A stretch of DNA of 64,000 nucleotides. Origin: Eledone cirrhosa. Lineage: Eukaryota. Of the stretch, positions 55,951-64,000 are shown in pieces. The stretch covers positions 26,226,001-26,290,000 of the forward strand of contig OZ024744.1 of assembly GCA_964016885.1 (NCBI GenBank), in the 5' to 3' direction. How positions within the stretch are numbered: the stretch's first letter is position 1; each line of letters opens with the position of its first letter. The position numbers were made by a program, and so were the translations under genes. The notes under the pieces are model-generated. The model was not told the DNA's origin, did not search any database, and saw only the letters and a list, made by a program, of their open reading frames with translations.

Positions 55951-57612
55951 ATGGTACCATGGGCCCAGCACTATGTGTCAATAATTGTCACAAGTGTAGT
56001 GTTTGTACCAGAGTCACGCTCGTTCAGCGCATCGGTAGGGGTTCTCCTACATGGATATAAAGAAGTGGCCGTACTCGAAAACGAGTTAGCAGCCACCATG
56101 TATGTATGTTTGTATGTATGTATGTATGGAATAACTCTGATATAAAACCTGTGGCTCAGTAGTTACTGATGCTGTTGACCTTTTCTTCTTTTCGGGTTAT
56201 AGCTACTGTCGCTCAGAGAGTGGGATTGGCTCAGTGCACAGTCTGTCCTCACTTTAAAAAATATCTCACGCACAGGCATTGCACTATAGAATTAATTAAT
56301 AATTATTAATAATGGTATATCGTGCAATGAGCATACTCGATAACGAGGGGGCAGCCATCATCATGTATGTATGTATATATGTGGTAACATGTATCCCAGT
56401 ACAACCTGTCCCATGGTCGGGGTCGTTGGCGACTAAACTGGCAACCCCACCAAGGTTTCTTGGTGAGGAGGGTGACTTTGGACATCCTGCAGGACTATAA
56501 ACAAAACCTGTCAAAGGGCAAAGGAGCTCTTAAGAGTCAATGGCCATCCATAATCACCGGGAGAGATGACCCCTTAGCCTTTGTCAAGGCAGAATTCTAG
56601 GAGAAGGAAAACTCTGATATAACACCTGCAACCCTGATGGTATCCAATGATATTGAGTTGTTCTTCTTTTTGGTAAATATCATCTTGGTTAAGAGAGTGG
56701 GACTGGCTTTGTGCAGTGCCTTTGCTCATTATAAAAGCTTCAGGGCAAGGCATTGCTTTGTATATGGAGATCTCTCTGCACTTGTCGTCACATGGTACCA
56801 TGGGCCCAGCACTATGTGTCAATAATTGTCACAGAATTGTACCAGAGTTTTCAAGTCGCTGGCTGGACTAAAAAGTCACACTTGTTCAGCGCATCGGTAG
56901 GGGTTCTACATGGATATAAAGTAGTGACCGTACTCGAAAACGAGTTGGCAGCCACCATGTATGTATGTATGTATGTATGTATGTATGTATGTCAGGTCAC
57001 CACTTGGTGCTACTGGTAACATGTATCCCAGTACAACCTGTCTCATGGTCGGGTCGTTGGCGACTAAACTGGCAACCCCACCAAGGTTTCTTGGTGAGGA
57101 GGGTGACTTTGGACATCCTGCAGGACTAAAAACAAAACCTGTCGAAGGGCAAAGGAGCTCTTAAGAGTCAATGGCCATCCGAAATCACTGGGAGAGATGA
57201 CCCCTTAGCCTTTGTCAAGGCAGAATTCTAAGAGAAGGAAAACTCTGATATAACACCTGCAACCCTGATGGTATCCAATGATGTTGACTTGTTCTTCTTT
57301 TTGGTAAATATCATCTTGGTTAAGAGAGTGGGACTGGCTTTGTGCAGTGCCTTTGCTCACTATAAAAGCTTCACAGCACAGGCATTGCTTTATATCTGGA
57401 GATCTCTCTGCACTTGTCATCACATGGTACCATGGGCCCAGCACTATGTGTCAATAATTGTCACAAGTGTAGTGTTTGTACCAGAGTTTTCAAGTCGCTG
57501 GCTGGACTAAAAAGTCACACTCGTTCAGCGCATCGGTAGGGGTTCTCCTACATGGATATAAAGTAGTGGCCGTACTCGAAAACGAGTTGGCAGCCACCAT
57601 GTATGTATCTAT
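55951..57612 (+). mobile_element. Head-to-tail cluster of RTE-related non-coding elements (~640-bp unit) with (ATGT)n tails
   Basis: agccaccatgtatg ends at about 56090, 56950 and 57592. The RTE 5'-type motif ctaggagaaggaaaactctga is present. Related pieces lie at 37876 and 38596-38960. Confidence 0.75.
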
Positions 57613-57736
57613 GTATGTTTGTGTGTGTGTGTATGTATGTGTGTATGTATGTATGTAGGTATGTATGTATGTATATATATATGTATGTCTATACATTTAT
57701 ATATGCACATACATATGTATATATACACTTTCTTTG

Positions 57737-57794
<58 letters not shown>

Positions 57795-57839
57795 GTATGT
57801 GCATATATAAATGTATAGACATACATATATATATACATA

Positions 57840-60662
57840 CTATGGCCTTGAATGGGAGTAGAAAACATAGGAATCATAGAAATATTATAGATATATCCAA
57901 ACCGAACCCTAAGTTTAGCTACCGAAATAGTAGTCGGATTAGTGAGTCTAATGGTACGCATATCGAGATCAGTTCTAGGGAGCAGGATAGGCGCTCTGAA
58001 CGTTCACCCAGTGGTGATGTTTTAACTGCTTCTAATAGTGTTAATTCAACTGATCCTCATATTAACCCTGATCCTATTAATAGGATACCAAATTACGGTA
58101 GAGATAGTAAAGGAGGAGACTCAATACTTACTTTAACCCGGCTTTTGACCATGAAGTATTAACTAATATCCCTAGGTCTTTCTTTTCTATCTTAGAGAAA
58201 AATTTCCCTCCTACTAATAAATATCATGGTATATTTAATAAAAACGTAATTAAACTCTCCTTCTCTACCACCCCTAACATTAATGCTCATCTAGCTAACA
58301 CTAACAATAGGAAAATTAGGGATAGCTACTCCTCTTTGCGTACTGCTAATCTAGATAGCTCTATTGATAACTTACCGCCCGAGCAGATCTTATCTTATAA
58401 TAACCCTAGGAATAATGCATCGCGTAATCAGCTAGTCACTAGTACCCGGAAGTGTAATTGTAGAGTAAGTAATAACTGCCCTTTAAATGGTCACTGCCTC
58501 TCTAGGAACATTGTTTATGCTTGTGAAGTTAAGACTAATTCTTCTCGTAGCACATATATAGGCTCCACATCTAATACTTTTAAAACTAGGTTTAATTCAC
58601 ATATTTCTAATTTTAAGCATATCAAGTTTAAGAACTCTACTTCTTTGGCACACCATATATGGGATTTAAAAGGGGCTGGTATACCATATAGCCTAAATTG
58701 GCGAATAGTAGCACACTCTAATCACCTATCAACACACACTAAATTCTGTAATCTTTGTATCCGAGAGACCCATTCTATAATTTTCTCTAGGAGCATATTG
58801 CTTAATAGAAAATCTGAGATATTTTCTTCCTGTCCGCATGCCATTTCTAATTCTTTCTTCTATTAGAGACCTAAAAGTTCCGGTAGTTTAAACCGTATCC
58901 ATTAGCTGCTATATTTCCCTATCTCTTTGGTTTTAGTTCATTTTTATTACCATTATTATTAATTTTCTACGGTTGTTTCGATTTTCGAATTTTAGTTTTC
59001 ATAGTCGTATTAGCTACCTTACCATATCTATCATCTTAAACATTATTACATTTTTACTCATTATTATCGCCTTGTAAGTTTGTATCTTATTGAATAGTTT
59101 AAATTTTGAGTCTCCTACATCTAAAAGTAATGAACCTCCTCCTTTCCACACTTCATATTCGCCCCTTTTTATTATATTATATATTAATTCTACTTTTATA
59201 CTCCTTTTTATTATATTATATTATATATTAATTTTTACTTTTATGATCCTTCCTATCCTCCATAGTTTCACTTCTTTCTGTTCCCATTGGTCTACCATAG
59301 TTTTATTTAGAGTTTTTTCTTTGATAACGTAATTCATCTGATCGGATCGTAATATATATTATATTATAGTTTTTATTGAAATATCCTAATTGTATACGAC
59401 TTTGATGACTTAAACTTGATTCCATTTAGAGTTACTAATAATATCTTTTAGGCAATTTTAATATTAATTAATTTAATAAGGTTTTCTATTCAACTCTTTA
59501 GTTTAGAATAATAATACCTTCTATATTTACATAATGACTCGTTATACCTACGTACTGTGCTTGTTTTTGTTTTTTTGTTTTTGTTCTTCGTTTTATTTTA
59601 TTTTATTTATTTATTTTACTAACACTTGATGTATATCTTCCTATCATCATCATCATTACTTCTTCACTACCACTTGCTGTTTTGTCTTTCTATAATATGC
59701 TTTGCATCATAACATGCCTCCCTATATTAATATATTAATCGTGTAAATATCTCTTAAACAATTTCAATTGACTCTGCCAGTCTGCTTTTATATTTTTATA
59801 TTATTAAATTATTTATCATTATAATATTAACATTTATATATCATATTATTTCTATGTAATGGAATTATACGTATTATTTTATGTCTGATTTTTAAGGTAC
59901 TGTTTTGTTATATTTTATAATATTTTGTAATATTATGAATGTAAACTGCATATACCCCTATATACTTATTATCAATACTTTATGTATTTATGTATTTATG
60001 TATATATATATATTTTTCAACATACTCCAGTTTTATTTTGATATTTTTTCTTGCCCTGTGTAAAACTTTATATACAATTTGTTGACATTAAGTGATATGT
60101 ATGATGTAGTTTTGTATATTTTTGATGTCAGTATATTATTATATTATTTCTTGTATAGCTTATTTTTTGTATAGTTTATTTTTTGTATAGTTTATGCGCA
60201 CCGTCATGGTGATTTTTATATTATAAAGAGTATATTTATACTTATTAAGTGTTAGTATGTGTTTGTGTAAATGTGTATATATGTACATATATTAAGCTTT
60301 ATAGTTCTTATTACCCATTATATTGTATTGTAATTCTCATATTATATGACCATGTTGTATTTAATGTTTTTGTATTATACTGTAATTTCAACGTTGGTTT
60401 GACATTTTACTCACTTTCTTGCCCTATAGTATATATTTGTAACTGCAAACTTTTAGCTTTAGTATGCTTTTCCTTCATATCTCTCATAAGCTTTCATGGA
60501 TATGAATTCCCTATTCTTCTGAGTTTTGATGTTCTGGCCGTTAATTCTTCTTGTCTGTTTAATTGCCCTGATGAGTCCTTATTAATGGGACGAAACATTG
60601 TAGGCTAATAAAGACTTTTGATGTATTGAAGGCTTCTTTGTCTATTTTTATAATTTTTATAA

Positions 60663-60668
<6 letters not shown>
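57840..60668 (+). mobile_element. 5'-truncated Penelope-like element: GIY-YIG remnant, ~1.7-kb AT-rich tail, hammerhead, (TA)n
   Basis: Translates as FNPAF..NFPPTNKYHGIFNKNVIKLSFSTTPN and CNCRVSNNCPLNGHCL..IVY..TYIGST..FKTRFNSH..CNLCIRE. Confidence 0.88.
60562..60609 (+). ncRNA. Minimal type I hammerhead ribozyme
   Basis: gcc-CTGATGA-gtcc(ttattaatg)ggac-GAAA-cattg-TA-ggc. Confidence 0.85.
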
Positions 60669-60739
<71 letters not shown>

Positions 60740-60745
<6 letters not shown>

Positions 60746-60839
60746 AAAAAGAGATGAAATCGAAAATGCAACTGGAGTCTTATTTTTTTTAAAAATAAGA
60801 CTCCAGTTGCATTTTCGATTTCATCTCTTTTTCTTTATA
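60740..60839. repeat. Near-perfect ~100-bp palindrome; one arm equals 45209-45264
   Basis: taaagaaaaagagatgaaatcg..gtcttatt / aataagac..cgatttcatctctttttcttta. Confidence 0.9.
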
Positions 60840-61095
60840 CTTTCACTCGTGTAGGACACCTCGGTTATTTTTCATTTTGTAAAAAAAAACTAAAAAATAA
60901 AAAAAAACTTACTTTCTAATATATATATATATATATATAACAAAGAAAGTGTTGTAAGAAACCAGGTGGACCCTAACGCACCAGAGTCCTCGATACTCAG
61001 GGAGGTAGAGTGGGTAATAAGAAAAGAGTCACGATCCCGACGGCTGAGCTCCGGCCGTTTCGACAGCTAGATCCGAACTAAACGACTAATAACCT

Positions 61096-61195
61096 GTACC
61101 TCTTGATAAGTTCAGCTAGGTCTCTGCCGTCCTAATACTACTCATTTTATTCGGATTTAGCTATCGAAACGGCCGGAACTTAGCCATCGGGTTCC
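61096..61195 (+). ncRNA. U3:A8 hammerhead (UUGAUAA), diverged subfamily, partly decayed
   Basis: acctc-TTGATAA-gttcagctaggtct..ggatttagctatc-GAAA-cggc(cggaactta)gcca-TC-gggt. An inverted partial copy lies at 60938-61078. Confidence 0.65.
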
Positions 61196-61211
61196 TGACT
61201 CTTTCCCTATG

Positions 61212-61289
<78 letters not shown>

Positions 61290-61296
<7 letters not shown>

Positions 61297-63616
61297 AGAT
61301 CAAAAGATGGTTAAAGGAGTTCCATGTATTTTATTATGCGCATTTCAAAAACAAACATCATCATGCAATAATATTTGTGTTTTCATCAGATAAAACAGGA
61401 GAACATGATATGAAGGCTAAAAAACACTTGTTGATAGTGCAGTTTTAAATCAACATATGAAAAGTGGTTTTCGATTGATGTGTGATATTGGGAAAAATAT
61501 TTTATTTAGAGAGGGGGGTGGAAAGGATGAAAAGGGAAGGAGATGAGAGGGAGAGATGGGTGATAGAGAGAAAGAGATAGTTTTTATAACTGAGAGGAGA
61601 TATATTGTTTTACATAGAGAGGTTGAAAACCGTTGGAAGATAATGTATAAATTAAAAATTTTGAAAATTAACGAAGGGAGGATATGTGCGAGGAAAAAAT
61701 ATTTTATTTATGGAGGGGGGGTGGAAAGGATGAAAAAAAGGGGGAGGAGATGAGAGTGAAGGTGGAGAGGGAGAGATGGGTGATAGAGAGAAAGAGATAG
61801 TTTTTATAACTGAGAAAAAGATATATTGTTTTAACATAGAGATGTTGGGAACCGTTGGAAGATAATGTATAAATTAAAGGAATTTGAAAATTAACCAAGG
61901 GAATTTATGTATGAAGATAGAGAGAAAAAAATAATAATTGTGGATGAATATTCTAACGTCAAAAAAGAAATGTATGTATTGTGGCAATTTCAAAATTAAC
62001 GAAGAGAAAAATTATTAAGGTTTGTGTGTAGAAAGATTTGAGAAAAATAATGTGAAGTTAAAGTTTGTATATTGAAGGAATTGATATTATATGCGAATAA
62101 AGAGTTAATATGTATTAATAATGAGTTCGTTGATGGGGAGAAAAAAATAATAAATTAAGGATGAAATTGAGATTAAAAAGATTTATGATAGAGAGAAAAA
62201 ATAATAATGATTGTGGATGAATATTCTAACGTCAAAACAACAAATGTATATGTTATGATTTTACAAGGTGAAGATAGAATGAGGGTAATGAGTAAACAAG
62301 TATTATAGAGTGTATAATGCCCTTTAAAGTAAGGTAGATGGATATATTTTAAAGAGGTGTATGTATATGTGCCTTTGAGAAAAGATTCTAAATTGATAAA
62401 GAATTGAATATTAACTGTATACTTTGTGAAAAGTTCTATGGAATTTATGCAGGCAGATAGAAAACAAATCTGTGCGTCTATTTATTATAGAATCTAGGTT
62501 AGAGATAATGGTAAATTTTTCATTTAGGCAGAGATTACAGATTTTAGATAGAGAGCTGTTCAAGTATGAGGATGCAGAAGAAATCTTCTTCCAAAAGATG
62601 GTATATTTAATGTTTTTGTCTTTTAAGGACCATATGAGTTCTGAGAGAGCAGTGTTGGTTCTTTTAAGTTTGTATTTGAAAGATGAATGATGATTATAGA
62701 GACGAGCTTTAAAAGAGGTGGAAGTGGAGCCAAAATAGGTGAAGGAATTGGTGCTAGTTATAATTTTACATTAATAAATTAAGTTTTTATCGAGACAATG
62801 GTTGTTGAGAGGACATTTATTTTTAATGCGGCAGTTGCAATTAGAGAGATTATTAATGAGTGATCTAGTGTTATCTATAGAAGGAATTGGATTGGAGAAG
62901 TTGTTTGCGATAGGAATAATAGGAATAATAGTTTCTTGATTTAGAGTTGGATTATGAACATTTAGCGAAGTTGTGTTTGACGTTGTATTTGGGTTTACAG
63001 AAGTTAGCCTAGGGTTTACAATGACGTCGGGAGTACTATTACTGTTATTATGAAATTCAATATTGGAAGGAAGAGATTTAGTATTTAGTATTTTATTGTT
63101 GTGTTTAGAGATGATGTTGGAAATATTGGAGGATGTAGAATACGAAAATTTGATGGTGTGTTTGTTAAATATTTTACTATAGATATGTGAGGGAGGGAAG
63201 CATTTATTTAAGGCACTAAAAAATAATTTAGGAATATTGTTATTAATAGAGATGGAGAAAGGAGCATTATACCAGATTATGTTTTTGTATCTCGGTCTTT
63301 TATTAAAATTATTGGAATGGTCATGATTAATTATTCTACTGTAAGTTTTTCTAGAATTTGTTTCTTTACTATATTTGATTTTATCTGGATAGCCGGCTTT
63401 AGAAAGTGCGTTATTATAGTAATTGGCGTTAGCATCAAAGATGTTTTTATTAGAAGATATGTTAGATATTCTATTTCCAATATTATTAACAATAGCATTC
63501 TTGATATTGGTAGGATGGTTAGATTTAAAGTTAACATATTATTGCATGATGATGTTTGTTTTTGCGCATAATAAAATACATGGAACTCCTTTAACCATCT
63601 TTTGATCTTATATTAT
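61290..63616 (-). mobile_element. 5'-truncated Penelope-like element with inverted partial terminal repeat
   Basis: The minus strand at 63300-62400 reads KCFPPSHIYSKIFNKHTIKFSYSTSSN..CNCRIKNKCPLNNHCL..TYFGSTSTSFKAR..CNLCLNE. 63536-63616 is the inverted copy of 61289-61374. Confidence 0.88.
61327..61397 (-). ncRNA. Type I hammerhead ribozyme
   Basis: Minus strand: tgttttat-CTGATGA-aaacacaaatattattg..tgatgatgtttgttttt-GAAA-tgcgca-TA-ataaaata. Stem III (atgcgcat) is palindromic. Confidence 0.8.
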
Positions 63617-63835
63617 GCATACTCCAGTCCTACAAACTGTAGAGTGCTTCTTATCCGATATCTGCATTGCTTTATTGTACTACAATAAAACTCACCTCCT
63701 ACATATATATATATAATTGGTGTGGCATGCTTAATGCGTCCGTATGTGGTAGGCCGTTTGAGCACTCGATGCTCTTACAGAGCAGAGTATGATATCACAT
63801 AAGAAACGCACCACTGATTCACCGTTTCATATGTG

Positions 63836-63867
<32 letters not shown>

Positions 63868-64000
63868 TAATTTTTTGTGTTGGATATTTGGGCAAAAATG
63901 TATACACACTAGACCCTGTATGAGAAACTTGTTTGTCGATCTGTCTGTATACATACCTTCAGTTGGAGTTGCTATCTTTCTTAATTTGATATAGGTCCTA

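Noticed and set aside
56991-57075. HDV-like ribozyme
   Set aside because: P4, CTAA and P2-like parts are visible, but P1, P3 and P1.1 could not be assigned.

Overview
This is eukaryotic (animal) repeat-rich DNA, and I can support no host protein-coding gene in it. The very long (TA)n tracts, SINE motifs and LINE types suggest a mollusc or octopus-like genome (inference). Bases 1-15.2 kb hold three head-to-tail, degraded Tx1/L1-clade LINEs plus an R4/Dong-like fragment. The rest contains CRE-like, CR1-like and RTE LINE remnants, SINEs, Helitron and hAT pieces, microsatellites, and many Penelope-like element (PLE; RT + GIY-YIG) remnants next to (TA)n. The main result came from reading by eye: about 15 type I hammerhead ribozyme (HHR) motifs, intact or decayed, from roughly a dozen sequence families. 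Four carry a non-canonical UUGANAA core (U3:A8 replacing C3:G8) in at least two families. Others have branched or very long stem II, sit at the centre of large fold-backs, or lie in a 482-bp tandem array. Most listed ORFs over (TA)n and (AGT)n are artefacts. All folds were derived by eye and none was computed or tested.
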